Source: an uncultured Klebsiella sp. (GTDB lineage: Bacteria > Pseudomonadota > Gammaproteobacteria > Ga0077536). From it: a DNA stretch of 64,000 nt. Both the position numbers and the translations under genes were made by a program. Below the pieces are notes generated by a model. The model did not search any database. It worked only from the letters and a program-made list of their open reading frames with translations, and was not told where the DNA came from. The stretch lies in contig CAZKRY010000016.1 in the NCBI GenBank assembly GCA_964555355.1, forward strand, positions 28,542 through 92,541, given 5' to 3'. Below are positions 10,935-19,902 of the stretch, in pieces. Numbering within the stretch: position 1 is the first letter of the stretch; each line of letters begins with the position of its first letter.

Positions 10935-13789
10935 GGCGTTTCCTTTTGCCGCGTGTTGCCCGGGTCGTAAAATGGGGTCGATACGACGTTAACCGGCAGG
11001 AGCGTTCCATCCGAGAGACGAATCGTCAATTCGGTGGGCGCCGTCTCGCTAAGGCGATCGATCACGGCAAGACCAATGGTTTGATTGAGCACCGTGCTGT
11101 AGCCGACGCTCGTGACACGCCCGAGAATTGCCCCACCGTCGATCACGAGGTGACACTCTTCCAGGCCTAGGGCTCGCGAATCGGCAGTCGCAAAACCAAC
11201 CAACCGGCGCGCCGGATGTTCGCGCAAATACTCCAGCGCGGCACGTCCTAGAAACTGGGATTTCTTTAAGTTAACGAGTCCACCTAGCGGCGTTTCGAAG
11301 GGATGCATCACCCCGTCGGTATCTTGCGCGACGATAAGATGACCTTTCTCCAGACGCAGCAGACGTTGGGTTTCAACGCCAAATGGCCGAATCTCGTCAT
11401 TTGCGCCGAGTTCGAGGAATGACTGCCACAGTGCCGGGGCATCGCGGTAATCAAGGTGCACCTCATAACCCACCTCCCCGACAAAACCGACGCGCATCAT
11501 GCGTACCGGCAGCCCACATAGCGTAGCTTCACGAATACCGAGAAACGGAAACGCCGCATCTGACAAATCTTGAGATGTGGCATCACGCAATAACGCTCTT
11601 GCACGCGGCCCGGCAATATTGATTGCCGCAACGTTGCGCGTGCGATCGACGACTTCGACATCAAGCTTATAGGCTGCTGCGATCTGTAACAGTTGGCGAT
11701 AGCTTGCGGGCGCGTGACTGGAACCCGCGGTGACATAGAAATGCGTCTCTCCTAGCCGCGCCGCCACGCCGTCATCGACGATCGTTCCTCGGTGATCGCA
11801 CATCAACACATAACGGGTCATGCCAAGCGCGGTTTTATCGACTGCCGAGGTGTAGGTTAAATTCAATAATTGCGCGGCATCGGGGCCGAAAATTTCGAAC
11901 TTCCCTAAAGTTGAGACATCGATCATCCCAATGCGCTCGCGTACCGCTTGATACTCGTTCAAGCGCGAGGTGCTCGCCGAGCCTTCGCGATAATACTTAG
12001 GCCGTCGCCAAACCCCTGCTTCCATCCATTCCGCCTGTGCCGCGTCGTGTTGCGGATTCAACGCACTTTCAACGTGTGGCCGAATACGCCGCCCGGCCAA
12101 TGTGCCCATCGGCACCGGATGGTAGAACGGCCGCGCCGTGGTTGAGCCGATTTCCGCGAGCGTCTGGCCGTGATACTCGGCGAGCCAGCGCGCAGCGTTG
12201 AGATTGGAGTGCTTGCCTTGGCTCGGCCCCATTCCGTTGGTGGTGTAGCGCTTCAATAGTTCGATATTGTCGAAGCCTTCGCGACACGCCACCGATAAAT
12301 CGTCGAGTTGGATGTCTTCGTCAAAGTCGACAAAGTTCTTGCGCTTGGCATGGGTAAACCAGGGATGCGGGTGCGAGCGGGCAAGGGATTCAACCGGCGG
12401 CGCGGGGGCGGCGGCAACCGGATGATTAAGAGAACGAAGAATCGTCGCCGCGGCCGCTTCGCCATCTTCGATACGCGCCACGAAACGGTAACGCCCATTG
12501 ACGCGTCCGGCCGCCGCGATGCCGCTTGGTAAATGCGTAGGCAACATCTGCTCAAGCGCCCGATCGTGATCAAATCGCGCGCCGGCTTGATGCAGCAATT
12601 GCGTAGCGGGCGCCCAACCGACACTCATCAAGCAGCCATCGCAGGCAATTGAATCCGCAACACCGTTGGCCGTGAACGATACATGGGCGAGTTCCCCATT
12701 ATGAGCATACGCCGCGATATCCTTAGCGAACTTGACGACGCGCACGCCGCGCGCCTTCAACTCCGTCACCAAATCCGCGCATTGTGGGGTGTTTTCCAAA
12801 TCAAGCACCGCAACGATCTGAAGCCCGGCATCGAGCAATTCGAGCGTCGCGACATAAGCGTCTTGATTGCCGGCGAGTACCACGGCGCGCTCGCAGGGCG
12901 CGACGGCATAACGTTGAACCAAGCGCTGGGCGCCGCTCATCAGCATGACACCCGGCAGATCGTTGTTGTGAAAAATTGCCGGCTGCTCAATGACGCCGGT
13001 GGCAACGACCACACACCGTGGAGTCACCACCGTGAGGCCGTCCGCCGCGACCAGCGGCACCTCAAAATCGCTATAGAGTCCGGCGGCGCAGGCGCCCTGC
13101 CGGAGCTCAACGTTCAGTGTGGATAAGTCACGCAAGGTCTCCGCAAGCCACGCGCGCTCTGCCGAGTTTCCGCTGTAAGTCAGACTTCCGCCGGGCTGCG
13201 CATTCTCGTCAGCGACGATGACATTATGGCCGTGTCGCGCGACCTGACGCGCGGCAGCCAATCCGGCCGCACCGCTACCGATCACCAAACAATCACAGCT
13301 CGTCCGTGCGTGAGGATAACGCGTGCGCGGGAAGTGTGGTGCTACCCGGCCAAGTCCACTGACCTGCCGAATCACACGCTCCCACCACTTGAAACTCCAG
13401 CGAGGTCGATAAAAGGCCTTGTAATAGAAGCCTACCGGCAGTAGCGGCGCGAGCCATTCCAAGTACTGCGCCCAATCGCGCTTAACGCCCCCGAAGGTAT
13501 TCACCGCCGTATAAGATTCGCCCGCTATCACCGGCTCCACATCGCCGCGAAGGTTAAGACGCGTCGACGATTGCAATAGAAGATTGCTGTCGTGGTTAGC
13601 GGCCGATAAGACTCCTCGCGGACGGTGGTATTTGAAGCTCCGACCGAGAATGCGATGGCCATTGGCGAGTAAGGCGCTCGCGATCGTATCGCCGCTAAAC
13701 GCGTGGCACACCTCGCCTTCAAATGCAAACGACAACGGCTTATCGCGCGCGATCCATTCATTGGCGCGCGGTGGCAACCTATGCGCCAT
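10931..13789 (-). CDS. mgdC: N-methylglutamate dehydrogenase subunit C (sarcosine oxidase alpha-like)
   Basis: ~950-aa ORF with an N-terminal SoxA 2Fe-2S/T-protein-like region (GDTIASALLANG), an FAD/NAD Rossmann motif (VIGSGAAGLAAA) and a C-terminal GcvT-like folate-binding region. The start was trimmed to MAHRL. Confidence 0.75.
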   Translation of the reverse strand: MAHRLPPRANEWIARDKPLSFAFEGEVCHAFSGDTIASALLANGHRILGRSFKYHRPRGVLSAANHDSNLLLQSSTRLNLRGDVEPVIAGESYTAVNTFGGVKRDWAQYLEWLAPLLPVGFYYKAFYRPRWSFKWWERVIRQVSGLGRVAPHFPRTRYPHARTSCDCLVIGSGAAGLAAARQVARHGHNVIVADENAQPGGSLTYSGNSAERAWLAETLRDLSTLNVELRQGACAAGLYSDFEVPLVAADGLTVVTPRCVVVATGVIEQPAIFHNNDLPGVMLMSGAQRLVQRYAVAPCERAVVLAGNQDAYVATLELLDAGLQIVAVLDLENTPQCADLVTELKARGVRVVKFAKDIAAYAHNGELAHVSFTANGVADSIACDGCLMSVGWAPATQLLHQAGARFDHDRALEQMLPTHLPSGIAAAGRVNGRYRFVARIEDGEAAAATILRSLNHPVAAAPAPPVESLARSHPHPWFTHAKRKNFVDFDEDIQLDDLSVACREGFDNIELLKRYTTNGMGPSQGKHSNLNAARWLAEYHGQTLAEIGSTTARPFYHPVPMGTLAGRRIRPHVESALNPQHDAAQAEWMEAGVWRRPKYYREGSASTSRLNEYQAVRERIGMIDVSTLGKFEIFGPDAAQLLNLTYTSAVDKTALGMTRYVLMCDHRGTIVDDGVAARLGETHFYVTAGSSHAPASYRQLLQIAAAYKLDVEVVDRTRNVAAINIAGPRARALLRDATSQDLSDAAFPFLGIREATLCGLPVRMMRVGFVGEVGYEVHLDYRDAPALWQSFLELGANDEIRPFGVETQRLLRLEKGHLIVAQDTDGVMHPFETPLGGLVNLKKSQFLGRAALEYLREHPARRLVGFATADSRALGLEECHLVIDGGAILGRVTSVGYSTVLNQTIGLAVIDRLSETAPTELTIRLSDGTLLPVNVVSTPFYDPGNTRQKETP

Positions 13790-14045
13790 GGGCGTCCTCG
13801 GTGCGCGTCGCGAGCTTGATCTCAAGCACAGTGTCGGTCGCGGTGTGTCGCGTGATCAGAAACCACAACTGCGACGGACGGTGATACCACCATTCGCGTT
13901 TCTCGCGCGCGGTCGCGTCCCCAAAGTACACACCGTGACGCGCCTGCGCCGTATCGTCCGTCTGCATGGCGCCGATGGCAGCGCCCGCGCAAGTAAATTC
14001 ACTCGCGGGACGCCGGCCAAGCAATGGACAGTCAAATTGTTTCAT
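13779..14045 (-). CDS. mgdB: N-methylglutamate dehydrogenase subunit B (sarcosine oxidase delta-like)
   Basis: 88-aa ORF (MKQFDCPLLGRRPASEFTCAG) with the Cys-rich N-terminus typical of SoxD. Confidence 0.65.
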   Translation of the reverse strand: MKQFDCPLLGRRPASEFTCAGAAIGAMQTDDTAQARHGVYFGDATAREKREWWYHRPSQLWFLITRHTATDTVLEIKLATRTEDAHGA

Positions 14046-14059
14046 CGTGCATGTTCGTG

Positions 14060-15301
14060 TTAATGCCCAACGGCGGCAGCGCCCTTTTCGCCCAGCATCG
14101 TCATGCGCGCAAAGCGTTCCATGCCGAAATTTGCGATCAATTCATGGTTGGTATCGTGGGCAACGGTATACGCCATCGTCTCCCCGCACACGGGGGTCGC
14201 CTTGAAGCCCCACGTGCCCCAACCGGCATCTAGGTAAAACCCTCGCACTGCGGTCACGCCCATCACCGGCGCGAAATCCGGCGTCATATCGGCCATGCCG
14301 GCCCATTGGCGATTGATTTTGACGCCGGCCAAAAACGGGAATAAATCAAGCATCTGATCGGCGAGCGAGGTGACAAATTCCAGCGACGATCGCGTCGAAT
14401 GGAGCTCGGCCGGATCGACTGCGGCGCCCATGACCAGTTCGCCCCGTGCCGACTGACTGACGTACACATGTAAACTGCCGGAGACGATGATCGTATCGAG
14501 CCAGGGCTTCATTGGCTCGGTGACACAGGCCTGCAGCGGCACGATGTCGACCGGACTCGGCAACCCAGCCATCTTTAACGTGCTGGGCGTACTGCCGGCC
14601 ACTGCCGATAACACCTTTTCCGTCGCGATGCGTCCGCGATTGGTCATGACCGCTTGCACTTGATCGTTCGCGATTTCGATTCCGGTGACTTCGGTGTGCT
14701 GAAAGATTTCAACACCAAGCCGCGAGGCGCCGCGTGCATAACCCCAGGCGACGGCATCGTGGCGGACAATGGAACCCGGCGCGTGGTATAGCGCGCCCAC
14801 CACCGCATGCTGTCCGCCGCAGCTTAGATCGAGTTCGGGGCAGGCTTGCTTGACTTCATCCGGCCCAACCAGTCGGCTGTCGATGCCGTAATGGCGATTG
14901 ACTTCCGCCCGCCACCGCGCGGTGCGCAGCGTGGATTCGTTATGCGCGAGCGTAAAGTGCCCGCGCGTACTATAAAAAAGGTTGATATCGAGCGCCTCGG
15001 CAAGACCTTCGAACAAGCGCACGCTGCGATCGTAGAACTTGACGCCTTCCGGTGTCAGATAGTTGGAACGGACGATGGTGGTGTTACGCCCGGTATTGCC
15101 GCCGCCGAGATAGCCCTTATCGAGGACGGCGATACGGCGGATCCCATGTTGGTGCGCTAGATAATAGGCCGCCGCGAGGCCGTGGCCGCCAGCGCCGATA
15201 ATGACCACATCGTAACTTGGCTTGAGCGCGATTGGGGTGTTAAACCAGCGTGGCTCAGCGTAATCGCGTTTGAGCGCATAGCGCAGTAACCGCCGCGACA
15301 T
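14060..15301 (-). CDS. mgdA: N-methylglutamate dehydrogenase subunit A (sarcosine oxidase beta-like FAD oxidoreductase)
   Basis: FAD-binding GxGxxG motif (VVIIGAGGHGLAAAYYLA) in a 413-aa ORF, typical of SoxB/DAO-family flavoproteins. Confidence 0.75.
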   Translation of the reverse strand: MSRRLLRYALKRDYAEPRWFNTPIALKPSYDVVIIGAGGHGLAAAYYLAHQHGIRRIAVLDKGYLGGGNTGRNTTIVRSNYLTPEGVKFYDRSVRLFEGLAEALDINLFYSTRGHFTLAHNESTLRTARWRAEVNRHYGIDSRLVGPDEVKQACPELDLSCGGQHAVVGALYHAPGSIVRHDAVAWGYARGASRLGVEIFQHTEVTGIEIANDQVQAVMTNRGRIATEKVLSAVAGSTPSTLKMAGLPSPVDIVPLQACVTEPMKPWLDTIIVSGSLHVYVSQSARGELVMGAAVDPAELHSTRSSLEFVTSLADQMLDLFPFLAGVKINRQWAGMADMTPDFAPVMGVTAVRGFYLDAGWGTWGFKATPVCGETMAYTVAHDTNHELIANFGMERFARMTMLGEKGAAAVGH

Positions 15302-15376
15302 CGCCGCTTAGAACAAGATCACTCTCATGCAACTATTATTACTTCTGTGCAACTCGCCGACAAGCACTGTTAGTCT

Positions 15377-15404
15377 AAGGAAGCTCTGCATCAGTGCAGA
15401 GCTT
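15377..15404. promoter_or_regulatory. perfect 12-bp-arm palindrome (ggaagctctgca tcag tgcagagcttcc) in the 425-nt leader upstream of mgdA
   Basis: Seen directly in the sequence. It lies ~75 nt upstream of the mgdA start in a relatively AT-rich intergenic region, making it a candidate operator or RNA hairpin. Confidence 0.35.
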
Positions 15405-15726
15405 CCTGCGGCACATGGACGTGCGGCCAAAAGCGTTTCCCTAACATAGTCGTCAGGCGCCTGCCGCGCGCGGGATCCCTCGCTGCACCGAAGATCCGAA
15501 CCGATACGCGGCAGGCACCTCACGTGGGTGAGCGACGATTGAACCTGCAACGCCGCGTTTGACTTCAAACATTGCAACCTCGATGCCAAGGTTGACGCGC
15601 CCGCGCTAACTCACTGTTACTTTGGCATAAATCACGCAACCAAGAGATTTCAACGGGATTAAACGAGGGCACGGCGCGCACAAATTGCGCGCCAAGTGCG
15701 CCGCTTGCACACTTATGCGGCGCGAT

Positions 15727-16461
15727 TCATGTGCCGAACCCGCTCAGTCGTTTCCAGTTATCGTAGATACGCCGCGCGTGCGCGTTAAAGGTGGGCATTT
15801 CACGTTGCGCGCGGTTCATCAACGCTTGCGCGCCGTCAGGACCTAAGATGCGCCGCAGACTATCGGCATATTCGGGGATCGCCGCCCAATCCGTCACCGT
15901 GCTCGAAGTTATCTCCACATGAAACTGCATCGAAAACGCATGCGTCCCAACCGCCATCGCCTGAATCGCGCAGGCTGCGGAGTGCGCGAGTACCGTGGCT
16001 TGCGCCGGCGCGCGCTTGACCTCGGCGCCATGCCATTGCAGTACATCGATTGCTGACGGAACGCCTGCCAAAAACGAATGGCGCGTGCCGGCTTCGTTCA
16101 ATTCGACTGGGAGAATACCTACCTCGCTCTGTGCCGCCAAGCCGCATTCACCGCCGAGCGCATCACCGAGTAATTGATGGCCAAGACAGAATCCCAGATA
16201 CGGGAGTTTGCGGTCCATGACCGCCTCGCGGATCGCCGCTTTCTCGCCCCTGAGCCATGGGTGCAAATCTTCCTCCCAGACATCCATCGGTCCGCCCATC
16301 ACCCATAACGCAGCGTAGTTATCCAGTGCGGGAATAGATTCACCAACGTCCAATTCAATCGCGTCAAAGTGATACCCATCGGCCTGCAGAAAATCCCTGA
16401 ACACGCCCGGATGCTCCACATCCACGTGTTGAAAAACTAAAACTCGCTTCGTCTGACTCAT
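15727..16461 (-). CDS. class-I glutamine amidotransferase-like protein
   Basis: 244-aa ORF with a GATase1 catalytic Cys context (LGFCLGHQLL) and a downstream His region. Confidence 0.65.
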   Translation of the reverse strand: MSQTKRVLVFQHVDVEHPGVFRDFLQADGYHFDAIELDVGESIPALDNYAALWVMGGPMDVWEEDLHPWLRGEKAAIREAVMDRKLPYLGFCLGHQLLGDALGGECGLAAQSEVGILPVELNEAGTRHSFLAGVPSAIDVLQWHGAEVKRAPAQATVLAHSAACAIQAMAVGTHAFSMQFHVEITSSTVTDWAAIPEYADSLRRILGPDGAQALMNRAQREMPTFNAHARRIYDNWKRLSGFGT

Positions 16462-16598
16462 TTGTCATGCCTCCGCGCTTTCGCACTAGCGCACAGTGAA
16501 TTGTGATTTCAATCGACGCCAATTGCCATCTCGAGCCGGCTGGCGGATGCGGTGATACATCCGGTACGCTTGCAAAATATCATTGGCGAGTATTCCGC

Positions 16599-17537
16599 AT
16601 GAAGCTATCGCGCCACGGCGTTTTTATGTTCACCGAAGGCATCCATGCCAGTGATCTTGCGCGCATCGTGCAAGATATTGAACGCATGGGGTACGGCGCC
16701 GTGTGGTTTCCGGAAGCGATTGGCCGTGAAGCCTTGACCACCGCGGCGTTTATTTTGAATCACACTACCTCGCTGATTGCGGCGACCGGCATTGTCAGCG
16801 TCTATGGACGCGATCCGATGGTAGCCGCAATGGCGCAACAAACCTTGACGGAGATGTCGGGCGGCCGATTTTTGTTGGGGCTTGGGGTGTCGCACAGCAT
16901 GTTCGTCGAACCGCGCGGCTACACCTACGGTAAGCCGCTCGTGACCATGCGCAATTACGTCGCAACGTTACGGCAATGTCACACCACGATTTCGGTGACA
17001 AAAAATTTAGCGCTCGAAGGCTTATCACCTCAGGCGGTTGGCAAAGGAGAATTTGGCGCCATCACCAATGACCTAGGCGAAATGCCGCTTGTGCTGGCCG
17101 CGCTTGGACCGAAAATGAACGCGCTTGCCGCGGAAATCGCACAAGGTTCACACCCGTATAACACAACGCCGGAGCACACGCGTCGCACACGTGAACAAAT
17201 CGGCCCGCATGCCTGGCTCTGCCCGATGCAGCGTGTGTGTCTCATGACCGATGCGCGCCGGGCGCGGCAACTCGGGCGGCATATTCTCGCGCTGTATCTG
17301 GCGTTGCCTAACTACCGCAATATGCTGCTGACCTGCGGTTTCACCGAAAAAGACTTTGACAACGGGGGAAGTGATCGCTTGATCGACCCATTACTCGGTT
17401 GGGGTGACGCGGCGCGCATCAGAGCTTATGTCGAGGCGCATCTACTCGCCGGCGCGACTCAGGTCTGTGTGCAAGCGATCGATCCCGACGATCCGACGCG
17501 CCCCTGCATGAAGGCACTGCAAGTACTGATGGAATAG
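16599..17537 (+). CDS. LLM-class (luciferase-like monooxygenase) flavin/F420-dependent oxidoreductase
   Basis: The TIM-barrel LLM family pattern is present (GYGAVWFPEA...LGLGVSHS). The start was chosen at the ATG at 16599 (MKLSRHGVFMF). Confidence 0.6.
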   Translation: MKLSRHGVFMFTEGIHASDLARIVQDIERMGYGAVWFPEAIGREALTTAAFILNHTTSLIAATGIVSVYGRDPMVAAMAQQTLTEMSGGRFLLGLGVSHSMFVEPRGYTYGKPLVTMRNYVATLRQCHTTISVTKNLALEGLSPQAVGKGEFGAITNDLGEMPLVLAALGPKMNALAAEIAQGSHPYNTTPEHTRRTREQIGPHAWLCPMQRVCLMTDARRARQLGRHILALYLALPNYRNMLLTCGFTEKDFDNGGSDRLIDPLLGWGDAARIRAYVEAHLLAGATQVCVQAIDPDDPTRPCMKALQVLME

Positions 17538-17559
17538 CAGGCAGAGTAAGGATGTTGGC

Positions 17560-17720
17560 GCAATGCGCGTGGATACGCCGCCCCTCACCCTGCGCTTCGC
17601 GCCGGCCTCTCCCGGTGGGAGAGGCGAATAGCGTGCTTTCCTTCATGCGTGGTAGGCGCGAATAGCTCACACCCTCTCCCACTTGCGGGAGAGGGCAGGG
17701 TGAGGGTCTTCACGACTGCG
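17560..17720. repeat. REP-like palindromic repeat pair (cctctcccggtgggagagg / ccctctcccacttgcgggagagggcagggtgaggg)
   Basis: Same ctctccc...gggagag core and gggtgaggg flank as the other two repeat loci. It sits between convergent genes. Confidence 0.6.
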
Positions 17721-18702
17721 AGAACCCCTCTCCAAACGTCCCCACCGCGCGTTCGCGTCGTCCACCCGAATCTCCGCCGGCAGTCGTCACATCCTTCAAT
17801 ACCTGCCAATAGCCGAACGACGTCGCCATCTTGGGTCCATGGCCATTCAACAACAGATATTCGCGTAATCGCGCTAGGCGAAAACACGGCACCCACATCA
17901 GTAGATGATGCTCGGTGTGATAGTTCACCCAATAGGGTGCGAATAGTGCGCGTTCGATCCCACTGACGATGGTGGTGCGCGCGTTTTGAAACGGATCGTC
18001 GCGATCCGCGACCACCGCATGCTCGGCGATATTCCGGATGCGCAACACAAATTGTTGCCACGTTAACGCGGGCACCAGCCATAACGTGAAATAAAAATGC
18101 CAATACCCAACGAGCGTGAGTAGCAACAACAGACCGGCGTTCACCGCGATTTGACGGCCGAGCTTTTCGCGGACGCGCGCAAGGCGCACCGGCCATGGAA
18201 GGTCCGCGGGGCCGAGTGCCGCGCGAAGTTGATCGCGCCGTTGGGCAAATCCCGTGCGGCCGACCAAATCGCGAACCAGCTTGCGGCGCAGGCTCGCGCG
18301 CGAGATCGGATAGTGACCGGTCAACACCAGATCCGGATCGTCGGCTTGCATTGTGCGCGCGTGGTGTTGCAAGTGGTAGCGCCGGTATTGGCCGGTCTCG
18401 GCGAGCATCGGGAAGGCGCAAAAATATTGACTTAATAGATCATTCAGCCAACGCGTGCGGGCCAGCATCCCGTGTGCGCCATCGTGCATCAGGATCAACA
18501 AACCTAGTTGGCGCGAGCCTATTAACATGACCGCTACCAGATACGTGAGTGGATTAGGCAGGAACGCGACCAGCATCATACTGCCGGCGATCACAAGCCA
18601 CGCGTGCGCGACAAGTCCCATCCCCCACGCATCGGCGCGCCGACGCACCTCCGCCAGCTGGAAGGTGGTTAGCAGGGCCGTCGCCGCGGGCGCGGATTTC
18701 AT
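17710..18702 (-). CDS. membrane fatty-acid desaturase family protein
   Basis: The histidine boxes HDGAH, HLQHH and HTEHH are present, together with hydrophobic segments. Confidence 0.7.
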   Translation of the reverse strand: MKSAPAATALLTTFQLAEVRRRADAWGMGLVAHAWLVIAGSMMLVAFLPNPLTYLVAVMLIGSRQLGLLILMHDGAHGMLARTRWLNDLLSQYFCAFPMLAETGQYRRYHLQHHARTMQADDPDLVLTGHYPISRASLRRKLVRDLVGRTGFAQRRDQLRAALGPADLPWPVRLARVREKLGRQIAVNAGLLLLLTLVGYWHFYFTLWLVPALTWQQFVLRIRNIAEHAVVADRDDPFQNARTTIVSGIERALFAPYWVNYHTEHHLLMWVPCFRLARLREYLLLNGHGPKMATSFGYWQVLKDVTTAGGDSGGRRERAVGTFGEGFSQS

Positions 18703-18744
18703 CGTTGCGTGAACCTCATCTTGTCGCTATAGCGCAGCATCAAT

Positions 18745-19224
18745 TCATGCGAAGTCAGCCAGCCAACGCTCGATCCCCGCAAGTCCGTCGGCCGCCCACC
18801 AACCAACGCCGCCCCAGGAGAACCGCAGCATCGTCGGTTCGTCTTTGAACATCGGAATCGTTCGATATTGTGGATACTTATGCGCGAGCGCGGCTTCCGC
18901 CGGCAGCCAATCCGGGTGTTTCCCGGTAATGATCTCGGCTGTCGCTTTCAGCCGCACCCACCACAGGTCACGCCAGTCATCCGCGTAATAGTCGAGTACC
19001 AACATCACGCGCGGCGCGCGTTCGAGTCTTGCGAGGCGTCCAAGCTGGCCGGCAGGGCCCTTCGGCTTACCGTCGATCGGAGACCATAGACTTGCCGCCA
19101 CGCGTGCGAACACAATCGGCAACGCCTCCGGCTCATCATCGAGATCACGCAACGCCAGCCGTGCGATCGGCATGCAATCGAGCACCGCTTCAAAGACGTC
19201 GGCCGGTAGGGCTTTCATCGTCAA
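18745..19224 (-). CDS. pyridoxamine 5'-phosphate oxidase-like FMN/F420-binding protein
   Basis: 159-aa ORF whose size and pattern fit the PNPOx-like split-barrel family. Assignment is weak. Confidence 0.45.
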   Translation of the reverse strand: MTMKALPADVFEAVLDCMPIARLALRDLDDEPEALPIVFARVAASLWSPIDGKPKGPAGQLGRLARLERAPRVMLVLDYYADDWRDLWWVRLKATAEIITGKHPDWLPAEAALAHKYPQYRTIPMFKDEPTMLRFSWGGVGWWAADGLAGIERWLADFA

Positions 19225-19893
19225 TTACGCAACGATCACGCGTTCGCGGGTGATGACAAAATCGAGCGGCTCAACCACGAAGTTGTGCTCATCCGCGCGC
19301 GTGCGTGCGTATTCCCCCGTGAGCGCGGATTGTCGCATCGCCTGCGTATCCGTGAACCAAGTCAACGCCACGCCATCGAGAACCGGTTGAAGCCCGTCGC
19401 GATACGCGCCGAGCCGCGTGTGGCTTTGCACATACCGTAGTACCTGTGGGATCGCGCCGCCGAGTGGCCCGTGGGTCTCTATCCAATACTGATGGAACGC
19501 ATGCGGTGCGAGATCGGGTCGTTTGCGCACCAATTCGACGTTTTTGACGCCGTCACCGGGCTGCGGGCCATCCTTGATCACGACATCCTCCGTAATGATT
19601 TCGCGACGCGTGGATACGTCGATGAAATTGGGTTCGTCCGCCAACACCGCGCGCAGTTCAGGCGAGCGCTGTAAGTCGCGCAGCGCTTGCGTATCGTCGA
19701 ACCACAGCTCGGCCAATCCGTCGCAGACAGGCTCGCCTTTGCGATAGGCGCCAGGAAGTGTCTGCGACTGCACGTATCGCCGCAATCCCGGTAAGCGCAC
19801 GACAATCGCGGCGTGACGATCAATCCAATGGCGCTCGAAATCGGCGAGCGCCATGCCGGCGCGCCGCTTGATAATCGTGACGATTTTCAGCAT
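19225..19893 (-). CDS. tandem EthD-domain protein
   Basis: Two internally repeated ~100-aa halves, each matching the EthD pattern (RHWIDRHAAIV...LRRYVQS / HQYWIETHGPLG...LRYVQSH). Confidence 0.55.
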   Translation of the reverse strand: MLKIVTIIKRRAGMALADFERHWIDRHAAIVVRLPGLRRYVQSQTLPGAYRKGEPVCDGLAELWFDDTQALRDLQRSPELRAVLADEPNFIDVSTRREIITEDVVIKDGPQPGDGVKNVELVRKRPDLAPHAFHQYWIETHGPLGGAIPQVLRYVQSHTRLGAYRDGLQPVLDGVALTWFTDTQAMRQSALTGEYARTRADEHNFVVEPLDFVITRERVIVA

Positions 19894-19902
19894 GACCTTC
19901 CT

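Noticed and set aside
15308-15589. 93-aa ORF on the minus strand within the mgdA leader region
   Set aside because: It lies in the AT-richer intergenic leader and has no motif. It probably arises from regulatory DNA, and the region is better explained by the palindromic elements.
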